Shown here one piece after another: positions 38,869-52,859 of a DNA stretch of 64,000 nt. Origin of the DNA: Mytilus edulis (lineage: Eukaryota). The translations under genes were made by a program, and so were the position numbers. The DNA lies in contig NC_092356.1 in NCBI RefSeq assembly GCF_963676685.1, positions 74,586,001-74,650,000 on the forward strand, in the 5' to 3' direction. The notes below the pieces were generated by a model. It was not told the DNA's origin. It did not search any database and saw only the letters and a list, made by a program, of their open reading frames with translations. Numbering within the stretch: position 1 is the first letter of the stretch; every line of letters starts with the position of its first letter.

Positions 38869-40285
38869 ACTAGATATCATTGAGATGGAAGCCATCTCTG
38901 TGGGCCCCGCTGTCAATAATGTGGGGTAAATAAGTTGTATGGATAATCTGCTATGAAGCATTATTTGAAGTTATTACATAGTCTCATGTGTGATTTTAAT
39001 CTAAGATTTTAACTTAAAACTGATAAATATTCTCAACTTACTTTCATAGTATAATAGTGATATGACTGCATGATGTGAACTCATTGTTGACTACTCTAAG
39101 GTGACTTCTGGATATATGGAATGATGTTTTTGAACAATATGTTTAAAGGTGCTGCCCAATTGATATTTGTCACATATTTTTAGATTTATGCCTTCAATAG
39201 AGCGGACACAATTTGTTAAGAACAACAAACGGATGGACAGACTGACGGACTGACCTTTGACCTAGGATGCATACATTATGACACATTCTCTGGTGTTGGT
39301 TAATATATATGTTAAGTTGAAAATGTTTGTCAGGTATAAAGTATGAAATAATAACAGCTGTCCTCTCAAAATATAGTATGTATCAAATTTGTTAGCGATG
39401 GACAGACCAACAGACAGACAGACCTTTGACCTAGGAAGTGGTACATACATCATGACACACCCTCTGGTGTTGGTTAAAATGGATGTCAAGTATAATATTT
39501 GAAATCATAACGGTTCTCGAGATATAGAGCGGACACAATCTTCAACACAGGACTTGGTTGTCAACTGAAACCAAAGTTTTTTTGACGTTGACCTTTGACC
39601 TAGGAAGTTGTACATACATCATGACACGCCCTCTGGTGGTGGTTAAAATGGATGAAAGTATAAACTTTGAAATCATAACGGTTATCTAAATATGGAGCGG
39701 ACACGATCTTCACCCCAGGAACCGGGGTTGTCAACTGAAACCAAAGTTTTTGACCTTGACCTTTGATCTAGGAAGTTGTACATACATCATGACACACCCT
39801 CTGGTGGTTGTTAAAATGGATGTCAAGTATAAACTTTGAAATCATAACGGTTATCTAGATATGGAGCGGACACGATCTTCATCACAGGACACGGGGTTGT
39901 CAACTGAAACCAAAGTTTTTGACCTTGACCTTTGACCTAGGAAGTTGCACATACAACATGACACACCCTCTGGTGTTTGTTAATAATCATGTTAAGTATT
40001 TAGTATAAAATCATAACGGTTATCTAGATATGGAGCGGACACTATCTTCACCAAAGGACATGGGGTTGTCAACTGAAACCTAAGTTTTTTTACCTTGACC
40101 TTTGACCTAGGAAGTTGTACATACATCATGACACACCCTCTGGTGGTGGTTAATATTCATGTAAAGTATAAAGTATGAAATCATAATGGTTCTCTAGATA
40201 TGGAGCGGACACGAAAGTGTTAAGAACGGACAGACGGACGGACAGACTGATCACTATAGGGCGACCCGCCTAAAGGCGGGGCCCT
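38869..40285. mobile_element. Non-autonomous Helentron/HINE-like element with six ~169-bp central repeats
   Basis: ACTAG at one end; CCTAGG-like marker at 39261, 39430, 39599, 39767, 39936 and 40106; GACG/GACA microsatellite; terminal hairpin GGGCGACCCGCC-TAAA-GGCGGGGCCC. Absent from the paralog at ~50563. Confidence 0.82.
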
Positions 40286-42696
40286 AATTATCTGCTGAGT
40301 ATAGCAAAACATCTAGGCGATCAATCAGTTAGAAACAAGTTTCAATCATTCCTAACATAACAGAATTATGAATATAAAAAAATTGATAACTCATAGTAGA
40401 CGGCCTGTAAACTACAAGATTAAATTAGCTAACTTGATCTACAAAAACATTTGATCAGATTAGGGACTTTAACTTTAAAAAACGATATAGAGACAAACTA
40501 AATTAACGGTGTTCAATCAATCAAACTAAAATCAGGGGAACACAAGAAATACTGAACTGCAGAAAAAAAAAAACAAACGCCATCATACATCAATGTTTAT
40601 TTTGCTGCTTTTTGTATGATTTATTCATATTTTATTACTTTTAAAGAGACGCTACATGTTTGTATTAATGTTGCAACTCGATATCCAGTATTTTGTTTCA
40701 TTGAGAGAATACAACACAATCCGCATACAACAAAAAGAATAATTAATGCATACATATTTAAATGAACGAGTTGATATCCATTCAAAGTTTCTGTTTAAAG
40801 GTATGCAAATGTTATTTTTCATAATATGCAAGGTAAGACATATTCGACTAAAAATAAATTAGTAGCCATGCTGAATCATCTATTTATAAACTTGCAATTG
40901 CCCGTTGTGGTGTTTTTGTGGCAAATTAAAAAAAAGACGAACATCCCTACTTGTTCCTAATAATCTCGTTTTGAGAAGAAAATTGATTTTTTTTGTAATC
41001 GAATATGGCTACAAGGATATATGTAAACCTCAAAAGACAGCAACGTAAGAACACCAAAAAAAAAAAAAACAAACACAAAACACAATTAAAACAAAACGTA
41101 AAAAATGTATAATGTAAAAAAGGAAAATGTTGGTAATAATCAAGATGCATAAGTTATCATACTTCGTAAGTTGTTGCACCTTGTTTGCACCTTTATTACT
41201 GTTGTAGTTATATTATTTATCTATGAAGTTTGATTCAATAAACATTGAATTCCTACAGTAAAATTTAGGAAAGTATAGTTTATATTTTTTGTTTGACCTT
41301 TTATCCTATGTTTTGGGTTAAAGGCCCAATAAAACATATAAACTATAACTTTATTTTCAACCTGGCGTAGGGTAACGGTAAGTAGTAGAGACTGCTTTAT
41401 GAGCATGCATTACACTAAAATAAAAATCACACAGTCATGTCATAGCATAATCAGCAGACAAACAAACTACCCCTACAAATGTTTGTTAGTATAATGATTA
41501 TCTAAAATAAATTATGTTATGGTCAGTTTGACACTCCAATTTTATAAAAATAACCTTTTATATTGTTGTTTTCGAAAAATTTGTATGGAGACTATAAACG
41601 TATTGCTATTCATTTTAGACCTCTCCTCCAAATTATTCCCCACAAGCGCCAGTCAAGACTATTGATTATATCATCCGGGAGATCAATCAATTAAAAACAG
41701 GCTCCAATTATTCATAAAAGTACCAATGTAATACAAGCGGGAACTCATTTACACAGTGGTTAAAATCAATTTAATAGCTTAAGTTATCTACCAAAAATAT
41801 GTGTAATATTTAGTTTTTTTAATTCTTACAAATGGAACATATATAAATTTTACAACTCAATGATTATTTTCACATTTGTTTGTTAGTTTACTTCATGTAA
41901 ATATTGTTATTCAGACTATGTTCCTTAAAATGTGCTTAAATCGCCTAGTATGTTATTTTGAAAGAGGGAAACAAGACTTACCTGGACTTCTGTAATAAAC
42001 TAAATCCGACAACAATTCAGACTATTTATTGATACGTCTGTTTATTTAAATCCTGTTTGATAGTTTTCTATGGTAAGAAAATTCTCCAGAAAGTGATTAT
42101 TTTACATACGAGACTCAGTATTTAAATCAATTATGTTATGAGTGCATGCGTGTTAGGTACTAACGAATGTATTGGACATCAAGATCACATGTCGTTATAA
42201 CTCACTACCCTAGTTTCAATAGATGATACTGTATAAATAACTAAACTCTGACCTTGTCAAAAATAAAAGTCTTAGTGGTGTACATTATACTGCACCTGAT
42301 GTTCATTAACAAACTGTAATTCTCTTCAGTGATTTTCCAGATCGGCACTTAAAGTTAACCTCTTAGGAACATTAACCAACTCGGGTAGTTATTAGTTATT
42401 CATCGTTACTTGATGATGCCACCGATGTAAATAAAACCAGGTTTGTCATCGTCAAAGCACAGTAGTTCATTTTAATAGTTAGGAATCATTTGTTTTTGCT
42501 TTAAATTTAAAAAGAAATGAAATTGAAATTGAATTGAATTGAATTGAGCTATGTACAATACAATAGCAATTACATTAATCCCTGTCTTGGCCTGATGCCT
42601 TTAGTTTTCTATTATTCTTGTGTTTCTTTGTCGAATACGTTCTCCTATTTATTTGTATTGTAGTCCTGTAATATTATGTTGTCATTTTAATGTTAT

Positions 42697-42910
42697 TGTG
42701 ACGGATGGGTTAACTAAAAGTCTAGAAGGCAGTAAAACAACGTCTGGTTCGTTTGATCGTATAATCTCAACTCAATATAGTAACATGATATATAACAATA
42801 GCACAACGTTAACAGAAGATAATGATGACGTTAACAATGTGAATGGAAACGGCGTTAAAAGTAGTGTTAACGTTTGACGCGTAAGTTAAACTGTCTCTAA
42901 ATCACCGACA
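42697..42910 (-). repeat. 3' LTR of the BEL element
   Basis: Direct repeat of 48305-48518. Confidence 0.95.
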
Positions 42911-43093
42911 TACTCGGGGCCACCAGATGCAATGTCCATTAGCTGTGATATGTAGTGGCATGCGGAAAGAACAAAAATAGATTGATCTCACAAATAATGA
43001 AAAAAGGATTAAATTATTAAATTACGTAAAAAACTCTTTGAATTTACATTCTTTTCACAAATAAGAAAAAAATAACAAGTCTGTTCACACACG

Positions 43094-46000
43094 TTAGTTT
43101 CTTCGTTCACTTCGTCTCAGATAATAGTGCATGCTGTTGACTTCTAATGGGTAGAGTTTTGTCACGGGTCGATTTGTAATTCCTGATTTGGTACGCACCA
43201 TAGCGACGCGTACTAAGCCGTCCTTGCCTTTAATAGTGTCCTGCACAACTCCAAGTTTCCAATGCACGCGCTTTGATTCGTCGTGTATCTGAACGACATC
43301 GCCTTCTTTGATCTTCCGAACGTCGACTCCAGCTCTTTTATGATATTCTCGCAATGAAGTAAGGTATTCTCCTTTCCATCTTGTCCAGAAGTTCTCAATC
43401 AATTGTCTCTGTCGTATCGCTTGATTGTTCAAGTTTGTGTGTGTTAATTCACAAATATTTAGATTGTCAATAGCAGCTTTTTGACGATCCATACGATAAA
43501 GTTGTTATCCTTCGTCCATGTATAAGATGGGATGGTGTAAGCGGCTCCGGATCTCTGATATCTGTTGAAATATACGTTACTGGTCGATCGTTGAGTGTGG
43601 CTTCGATCTCTCTTAATACAGTCCTTAGAGTCTCATTGTTGACATGTGCACTTCCTAATACTTTCTTAAGTGATATTTTTGTTAAGCCAATCATTCTTTC
43701 CCACATGCCTCCGAACCATGGAGCTCTATTTGGGATGAACTTCCATTCAATGCCATAATTCTGAATATTTTCTTTAACTTTTCTAGAATTGCAAAGTCAT
43801 GAAATTTCGTTTGAATCAGCTTTAAATGTTAGCGCATTATCTGACATCATTATTTTCGGCACTGATCGTCGACTTACAAATCTCCGGAAACACAATAAAA
43901 AAGATTCTTCGCTGAGATCGTAAACTAATTCCAAATGTACGGCTCGAGTGACAGCACATGTAAATAGGCAAATGTAAACCTTCGATTCTTCGTTGTTTCT
44001 GTTTCTTGTCGTTAGCGCACCTGTGAAGTCTACACCGGTTATGCTAAAGGGTGTGGCATCTTGAACTCTCTCTTTTGGTAATGGTGGAATTTCTGGTGCG
44101 GGATAAGATTTTCCGATTACTTTTCGGCACGTTACACATTTCATCAATATAGATTTGACGCACTGTCTTAATTTCGGAATCCAAAATGTTTGTTGTATGT
44201 ATGCTAGAGTGATATTTATTCCTGAATGTAGTGTATTCTCATGTGCTTCTAACACTATCAAATGTGTGAGACGGTTCTTTGCCGGTAACAGATATGGAAA
44301 CTTGACTGTTTCTCCCACTGTCGCATTGTCTATCCGGCGGCCACCACATCGTAACAATTGCTTTTCGTCTAGAAAGAGCTTTAATTGTCGCACAAGTGTT
44401 TTACGTTTTGTAGAATTATCTATACAATTTATTTCGTCACTAAATATTTTACCTTGTGTATATCTTATCCATAGGAATTTTGCATTTTTAATTTCATCAC
44501 TACGTAACAAATCTTTCTTTCGTTCAGTTTCTGTTGCTCTGCAGTTTGTTGCGAATCACATTACATATGCGTTAATGCGGGTTAGTTTTCTATAAGAATT
44601 GTACCGTTCAATATCTATGATTTCTCCTATACCAATACATACATTTTGATTTTTCTCCATAGACTCAATTTTGTCATCGTTCTCCGACATAGACTACACT
44701 AGACGTTACGTTGTCTCCGTTCCATGTCGACCAATCTTCTTTGCTGTTTAACCATTTAGGTCCACTAAACCACATTTCATTCTGTTGCAGTTCTTCAGAT
44801 GTTATACCACGTGTAAGCAGATCTGCGGCGTTGTCTTTTGTAGGGCAGTATCTCCATACATTATCTCCACACACACTTTTAATTTCTTCAATTCTATTTC
44901 TGATAAATTGTCTCTGTGGTTTTAAGGATGTAAGCCAACTTAGTACGACTTGACTATCACTCCAAAATTGTATTTCACTGAAAGTTTCTGGAAAGTTTTT
45001 GCAGATATGATCAGCAAGCCTCGCTCCAATTACAGCCCCCATGAGCTCTAGTTTTGGTAAAGTTATAGTCTTGATAGGCGCAACTCGATTCTTTGCCATT
45101 ACTATTGTTGGTTTTCTGTCATACATGATGTACGCGCATGCACCATACGCATGAGTTGAAGCATCGGTAAATACATGAAGAGTTGGTAAATTTCTGTTAT
45201 TCTCGTTTTGTGTTTGAGTACTTCGATGAATCTCTGTTTCTAAGCTCGTTGCTAGATCTCGTGAAATTAATATCCATTTTGATTGGATATCTTCCGGTAA
45301 TATTTCGTCCCACTCCAAGTTTAGTTTCCAAAGTGATTGCATAAAGATTTTCGCTTTTACAGTAACTGGGCTTAATAGTCCTAACGGATCGAAAATCTTG
45401 GATGATAGCCGTGAAATATATCTTTTAGTCAGTTTTCCTTTTTTGTCCATCTCGAACGTGTTACTTTGATAAAACAACTTGTCCGATTTAGCGTTCCATT
45501 GCATACCAAGAATTTTAGTAAGCTCATCTTTGTCTAAGGTTTTTTCTTTGCTAGCGTTTTCTTGTAATTTTGGACTGTTTGAATTCCATGAGCGTAGGTT
45601 TAATCCGCCTTTCGTAAGTAATTCTCTCGATCTCCTGTAATAATCTATTACGTCATTTTCGTTATCAAAGCTAGTTAAAATGTTGTCCACATATAACCCA
45701 TTTTCAAGTGTATCTGAAAGTTTCCCCGGATTTTCCTTAAAATGCTTGAGAAGTGTGGCGCTCAAAATGAATGGCGAACATGTAGCTCCGAAGAGTACGG
45801 ACTTGAAGCGATATGTTATTCGCGGGTGTGTTTGTAGGATCGCTAAGCCATAAGAACCTCGTTGCATCTCGGTCTTTCTCGTCGAGCTGTTTTTGTAGAA
45901 ATGCCTTTTCTAAATCTGATGTTGTAGCATATTTCTTAGCGCGAAATCTCACAAGTATTCCCGTAATATCATTCATAACAGTTAAGTGTGATTCTTAGCA

Positions 46001-48280
46001 TTCATTTAGACTTGAATTATCTCTTCCATCTTTGCAGCTACAATCATAAACAATGCGTATTGGCGTAGTAGATGATTCCTTGGCAACAGGATGATGCGGG
46101 ATATAGTGCACTGGTCGATCGGTAGGAAGTTTTGTTTCCTCAACCTTTTCAATAAAATGTCTTCTCTCCTGCTCCCTTATGATATCTCCATACATTTTTA
46201 ATAAATCGGGTTTGTTTGCTAAACGCCTAATAACGCTACTTGTCCTCTGTTTAACCAATTCCATGTTATGTGGTAGCGGAAGGAAATCTGGTTTCCATGG
46301 TAACTTAGCTGTGTACTTTCCATCTTCTAGTATTATAGACTTTTCTCCGTATTCTCGTACAACTTCCGACTGACTTTTAATGGTATCGCTTCCTGAAACC
46401 CCCAACGCTTCTAAGTTCCAAAACTTTTCCAAGTCGCAAACAACGGCTCTGTGATCAGTCAAAATATTCAACATTGCTGATTGTTTTGAACTACTTCCGT
46501 TTTTAGTTAGTACGGGTCCCGACAAGAGATAACCTATTTTCGACTTTACTGCGGTCGGTCCATTTCCTCTTATTATTTCGTCTTCAACTATTGACCAGTA
46601 ATAGTCTGCACCAATCAATAAAGATATGTTAAACTTGTCTTCTGCCCATATCGGATGTGCGAGTCGTAAACCACGTAAGTATGGCAGTGCTTTGATTTCC
46701 TTTTGTGATTTTGTCTGAATAGGAGCGGCAATTTTCAGTACTATTATTACTTCTATTTCTATTCTTTGATTATCAACTGTTTCAATAGCTATGTTTGCTT
46801 TATCAAGATGACGAACTTGTCCTTCGTTTCCTCCAAATCCCGATATTTCCAGTGCAATCTTTTCGGTGGATTCAATTCCTAGTTTTCTAGCTAAATCTTC
46901 AGTTATGAATGAGTTTTGTGCTCCCTCGTCAAGTAGAATATTTGTCATGATAGATCGATTTTCGGACCAAACTGGAGTTACGGCAGTTTTCAGTAAAACA
47001 TCTGTATGTGCAGTAACAGTAGAATGTAAGGATGTGGTTAGCTCCAGTGGCGTTTCCTCTACGGCGGTATGTGCGACGGTCTTTTGTGTACTATACTGGT
47101 TTTCGGTTAAGCTCTTTGGTTCTGTGTTATGTACTTGTACATGTATACTCGTGTGATGTCTCTTTCCGCACTGGCGGCACTTATTTTGTTCCCCTGGTTT
47201 TAGTTTGATTAATTAAACACCGTTAATTTAGTTTGTCTCTATTTTGACAATAAACGAAGCGGTCGGTAAAATTTATAAATCTTCATTACTTTGACCTGTA
47301 GATTGTACTGCGACCTGTACGCATACTTCCCTTTTAATTGCTGTTCGCAATGATTCGATGTTCCAGTCGTCGTTTCCGCGATCTCGGGTTGTGTTTTTTC
47401 GTACGTCGGACGGCAATTTATTGTATATAATAGGCGTAAGAATGGCTCCAAATGTACTCTCGTTTGTTCCTAGCGATTCTAATCCGCGTATGCTACACTC
47501 AATTCTGTCGGAAAAGTTTCTCAAACTGTCTGCGTTTGACCTCGGTGCGGGTAAATCAATTAAATTCTGAATATATGCGTTCGTGATTTTGTGGTTCTGA
47601 CCAAACCTCTCTCTCAGTATTGATACGGCTTGATAGTAATTTGCACTTATGAGTGGTAAACCGGCGATACATTGCGCGGCTATTCCCTGAATTTGATTTT
47701 GCAAATACGTAAATTTCTGCACGTCTGTTAATGTTTGGTTATCGTGTATTGCTGATTGATACGCATCCAAGAAAGGTTGCCAGTTTAACAAATTGCCATT
47801 AAAATATGGAAGATTCAATTTTGGTAGCTTGTGGTAGATGCTTGAATTTGTTGCGTTCATTGACGATCTGTATTGCATATCATTATTCTGCATGGGATGT
47901 GGAGTAGTACATGTAGATGTGGAGTTGATAAACACAAACTCTGCTGCATTTGGATTTAAGTTCTGATTAGAGCTAGTTTCATTTGATTTGTTTTTCTGTT
48001 TTGAATTTGATGAATTGCGTACTTTTGTCATAGTTCGTTCTATATCTAAAACATACCGATCTGAGTCTTCTATCTCTGCTTCCATGTTTTCCTCTGCAAT
48101 CTCCTCTAATATTTCATTATCAAGTTCCGAAAGAATATCCCTCTTTTTCTTCAAGGTTTCACATAGGCTTTCTATTTCGTCGCGTTGTGTTGTTTCTTTC
48201 TCTAATTCCTCTTCAATCTTTGAAATTAATCTCCATGCGGCTCCTCGATGGCCCACTCTAATGGCTTTCTTTTTCGTCAT
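43094..48280 (-). pseudogene. BEL/Pao gag-pol polyprotein broken by frameshifts and stops (Gag, protease, RT, RNase H, integrase in that order)
   Basis: KLPKLNLPYFNG (Gag/DUF1759-like), ILLDEGAQNSFIT (protease), DLEKAFLQ and LYVDN (RT), LHVFTDAS and LPKLELMGA (RNase H), H-H-C-C plus GVDFTG, SDNA and WERMIG (integrase). Confidence 0.93.
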
Positions 48281-48304
48281 TATATCCTCTGGTCACAGCA
48301 CCAA

Positions 48305-48518
48305 TGTGACGGATGGGTTAACTTAATGTCTAGAAGGCAGTAAAACAACGTCTGGTTCGTTTGATCGTATAATCTCAACTCAATATAGTAACATGATACC
48401 TAACAATAGCACAACGTTAACAGAAGATAATGATGACGTTAACAATGTGAATGGAAACGGCGTTAAAAGTAGTGTTAACGTTTTACGCGTAAGTTAAACT
48501 GTCTCTAAATCACCGACA
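48305..48518 (-). repeat. 5' LTR of the BEL element
   Basis: Adjacent to the PBS and the gag start at 48280. Confidence 0.95.
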
Positions 48519-48534
48519 GTTATATTTAACATTT

Positions 48535-48625
48535 CCATTAAAGTGCGAGGTTTGGCATGCCACAAAACCAGGTTCAACCCACCATTTTTTCTTTAAAAAT
48601 GTCCTGTACCAAGTCAGGAAAATGG
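48535..48625 (+). ncRNA. Twister-like ribozyme copy (family 3; paralog of 52967-53060)
   Basis: Near-identical to 52967-53060; lies just right of the BEL insertion site. Confidence 0.62.
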
Positions 48626-49277
48626 CCATTGTTATATCATAGTTCGTTTCTGTGTGTGTAACATGTTAACGTTATGTTTCCGTTGTGTCGTTTGTTTTCT
48701 CTTATATTTGAGTGTGATTTCACATTACTAAAAGACGTGTCACGGTACTTTTCTATCCCAAATTCATGTATTTGGTTTTGAAGTTATATTTGTTATTCTC
48801 ATCTTGAAAATAAAGGAAAGAGAAATAAACGAATGATAGCCATTCAAAGGTAACAAGTTAATAATATTTTTATACACCATACGCACGCTACATCCACACA
48901 AAACTATGCTCAGATGTAAAAAGTTTGAAAGCCATAATAACTACCATGTTGACGATCGTCGAGGACCAAAAGTTCCAAAAAGTTGTGAGGCCAGGGGTAT
49001 CCTTCTTGGACAAAACCATCGTTATTATCAAGAATAATTCATAGTTTTGCAAACAGTAAATTTAGTTGGATGGCTATTTAATAGATATACATATACATAG
49101 ATTTTGGTCCTATGGCTGGTCAGAGCAGTCCTAAATCCGGTCACTGGCTAACTTTGACAAGATCAAATGACTGGTTATCAAGTTAATTTGCTGTACAGGT
49201 TCGGACTGCACCCATCTGTATATTTGTATTGTAGTCCTGTCATGTAATATTGTCATGTTAATGTCTTAATCAACATT

Positions 49278-49369
49278 GCCATTCAAGCGAGAGGTTTGGC
49301 ATTTCACAAAATCAGGCTCAACCCACCATTTTTATTTCAAAATGCCTTGTACCCAGTCAGGGAAATGGC
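49278..49369 (+). ncRNA. Twister-like ribozyme copy (family 3), degenerate
   Basis: Paralog of 36936-37027 in the segmental duplication. Confidence 0.5.
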
Positions 49370-52300
49370 CAATATTATATTATTTTTTTCTGCGTGTGTT
49401 ACATTTTAATGTTGTGTTTCTATTTTGTCGTAGTTATCTTAGATTTGATGCGTTTCCCTCAGTTTTAGTTTCTAACCCGGCTTTGTTTTTTTGTCTATCG
49501 ATTGATGAATTTCGAACAGCGGTATACTGCTGTTGTCTTTATTTATAATACCGGGGTATTAAGATTGACAATATCTTTGATCAATGAATTTGAAACAAGA
49601 AAGGATACATTGTACATTACAATACGATAAGTAATTAAAATGAAATATAAAATTCCCCTTTAGAGAAATTAAAAATCAAACATTACATTCTTTTTCCGTT
49701 TTTGCTGTTCGAGAAATCATAAACGATAAATGGAAACAGTCTTTTTTTTTTATTTCAAAAAGAAAAAAAAGAATGGACACAATTATACCATGTAAACAAG
49801 GACCATTAATACGAATTAATTTTTAAAAATTTGTTTTAAAGAAAAATTATCTTCCACTAGAAGAGCGGACAGTTATTGCCTTTTTTATTAATATTTTATT
49901 AAGAATACTGACATTGTGAAACAAACAAAAAATAAATTAACATACGTATAGTCTCAGAATGGTGATGCCACATATCCTAGACTAATTTATGATACCCTTA
50001 TCACATAGTTTATGGTATTTTTAGAAACACAATTGAGTCTAATTAAACAGTGCACCAAATCTAGCAACTGATTACCCATAATTATGTTACTTATCAATAC
50101 AGTCCCGATGCAGAAATGCAGGCAGATATCTGAAGTAATCACAGATAACATGTGTACTGTATATATTCAGGACCATATCAATTCCATTTGACATTTAATA
50201 CATTTGTACATTTTTGAGCTCTTCAAACGTCAAGTTTCAAAGGATTTGATGACAACAAAATACTAACACTGTTATACAAAAATTGCACAAAATCCCTTCA
50301 TAGCATTCATATGCAGTTACGCTACACCTTCAATGAAAGTCAGTATAATGATTGTTCAAGATGAGTATCAACTCGTATGCCTATAATTGAAATAAGAATT
50401 TTCACTGTTATAAAATTTTAAAGAAGATTATGTATCACAATTCGCCATAATAATTGCTTTTGCAAATTTCCTCCTAATTCGTTCCAACATATCACAGTCC
50501 AGATTATTGTACAACCTATTGTTGATACAGAAAATATTCCTTTCGAACCATAATGCCTATGTGAATTAGCTGCTGAGTATAGCAAAGCATCTAGGCGACC
50601 AATCAGTTAGAATCAGGTCTCAATCATTCTTCACATAACAGAATTATGAATATAATACAATTGATAATTCATAGTAGACGGCCTGTAAACAACAAAATTA
50701 AAGTAGCCAACTTGATCTACAAAAAACATTTGGTCAAATTAGGGACTTTAACTTTTACAATCAAAATAGAGACAAACTAAATTAACGGTGTTTAATTAAT
50801 CAAACTAAAACCAGGCGAACAAAATAAATACTGAACTGCAGAAAAAAACAAACTCCGTCATACATCTATTTTTATTTTACTGTTTTTTGTATGATTTATT
50901 TATTCATATTTTATTACTTTTAAAGAGAAGCTACATGTTTGTATAAATGTTGAAACTCGATATCCAGTATTTTGTTTCATTGAGAGAATACAACACAATC
51001 CGCATACAACATAAAGAATAATTAATGCATACATATTTAAATGAACGAGTTGATATCCATTCAAAGTTTCCGTTTAAAGGTATGCAAATGTTATTTTTCA
51101 TAATATGCAAGGTAAGACATATTCGACTAAAAATAAATTAGTAGCTATGCTGAATCATCTATTTATAAACTTGCAATTGCCCGTTGTTGTGTTATTGTGG
51201 CAAATTCAAAAAAAGGCGAACATTCCTGCTCGTTCCTAATAATCTCGTTTTAAGAAGAAAATTGAGTTTTTGTAATCGAATATGGCTACAAGGATGTATA
51301 TAAACCTCACAAGACACCAACGTAAGAACACAAAACAAAACAAAACAAAACACAAAACAAAACAAAACAAAACATAATAATGTATAATGAAAAAAAGGAA
51401 AATGTTGGTAATATTCAAGATGCATAAGTTATCATACTATGTAGGTTGTTGCACCTTGTGTGCACATGTATTACTGGTGTAGTTATATTACTTATCTATG
51501 GAGTTAGATTCAATACACATTGAATTCCTACAGTAAAATTTTGGAAGTTATAGTTTATATTTTTTGTTTGACCTTTTACCCTATGTTTTGGGTTAAAGGC
51601 CAAACAAAACATATAAACTATAAAATCATTTTCAATCTGGCGTAGAGTAACGGTAAGTAGTAGATGCTGCTTTATGAACATGCATTACACTGAAATTAAA
51701 ATTACACAGTCAGTTCATAGCATACATCAGCAGACAAACAAACTATCCCAACATATGTTTGTTAGTATAATGATTGAATAAGATAAAGTATATTATGGTC
51801 AGTTTGACACTCCAATTTTATAAAAATAACAATTTATATTCAATTTGTTGTTTTCCAAAAGTGTGTATGGAGACTATAAACGTATTACTATTCATTTTGG
51901 ACCTCTCCTCCCAATTATTTCTTACAAGCGCCAGTCAAGACTATTGATTATATCATCCGGGAGATCAATCAATTAAAAACAGGTTCCAATTATTCATAAC
52001 AGTACTAATGTAATACAAGCGGGAACTCATTTACACAGTGGTTAAAAATCAATTTAATAGCTAAAGTTATAATATATGTAAGATTTAGTTTTTTTTTATT
52101 TTAACAAATGGAACATATATCAATTTGACAACTCAATGATTATTTTCACATTTGTTTGTTAGTTTACCTTCATGTAAGTATTGTTATTCAGACTATGTTC
52201 CTTAAAATGTGCTTACATCGCCTATGTAATTGTGAAAGAGGGAAACTAAACTTACCTGGACTTCTGTAATAAACTTAATCTGACAACAATTGCTACTATT

Positions 52301-52859
52301 TATTGATACTTATGTTTATTTAAATCCTATTTGATAGTTTTCTATGGTAAGAAAATTCTTCAGAAAGTGATTATTTTACATACGAGACTCGGTATTTAAA
52401 TCGATTATGTTATGAGTGCATGAGTGCATGATAGATACCCACGGATGTAGTGGACAACAAGATCACATGTTGTTACTACCCTAGTTTGAATACATGATAC
52501 TGTATAAATAACTCAACTCTGACCTTGTCAAATATAATAGTCTTAGTGGTGTACATTATACTGCACCTGATGTTCATTAACAAACTGTAATTCTCATCAG
52601 TGATTTTCCAGATCGGCACTTAAAGTTAACCTCTGAGGAACGTTAACCAACTCGGGTAGTTATTAGTTATTCATCGTTAATTGATGATGCCACCGATGTA
52701 AATAAAAACATGTTTGTCAAATTCAAAGCACAGTAATTAATAGTGAGGAATCATTTGTTTTTGCTTCAAATTAAAAAAGAAATGAAATTGAAATTGAATT
52801 GAATTGAGCTATGTACAATATAACAGCAATTACATTAATCACTGTCTTGGCCTGATGCC

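Larger units (their letters stand above)
42697..48518 (-). mobile_element. Full-length but decayed BEL/Pao LTR retrotransposon
   Basis: 214-bp TG...CA LTRs at 42697-42910 and 48305-48518 (5 differences counted); GTTAT TSD; PBS TGGTGCTGTGACC resembling the tRNA-His complement. Confidence 0.96.

Noticed and set aside
42290-42345. Hammerhead relic (CTCTTCAGTGA; paralog CTCATCAGTGA at ~52593)
   Set aside because: The GAAA/stem III half is decayed; cannot be supported as functional.
44155-44595. Antisense ORFs over the BEL pol and other short ORF-track entries
   Set aside because: Shadow frames of coding or repeat sequence with no recognisable motifs.
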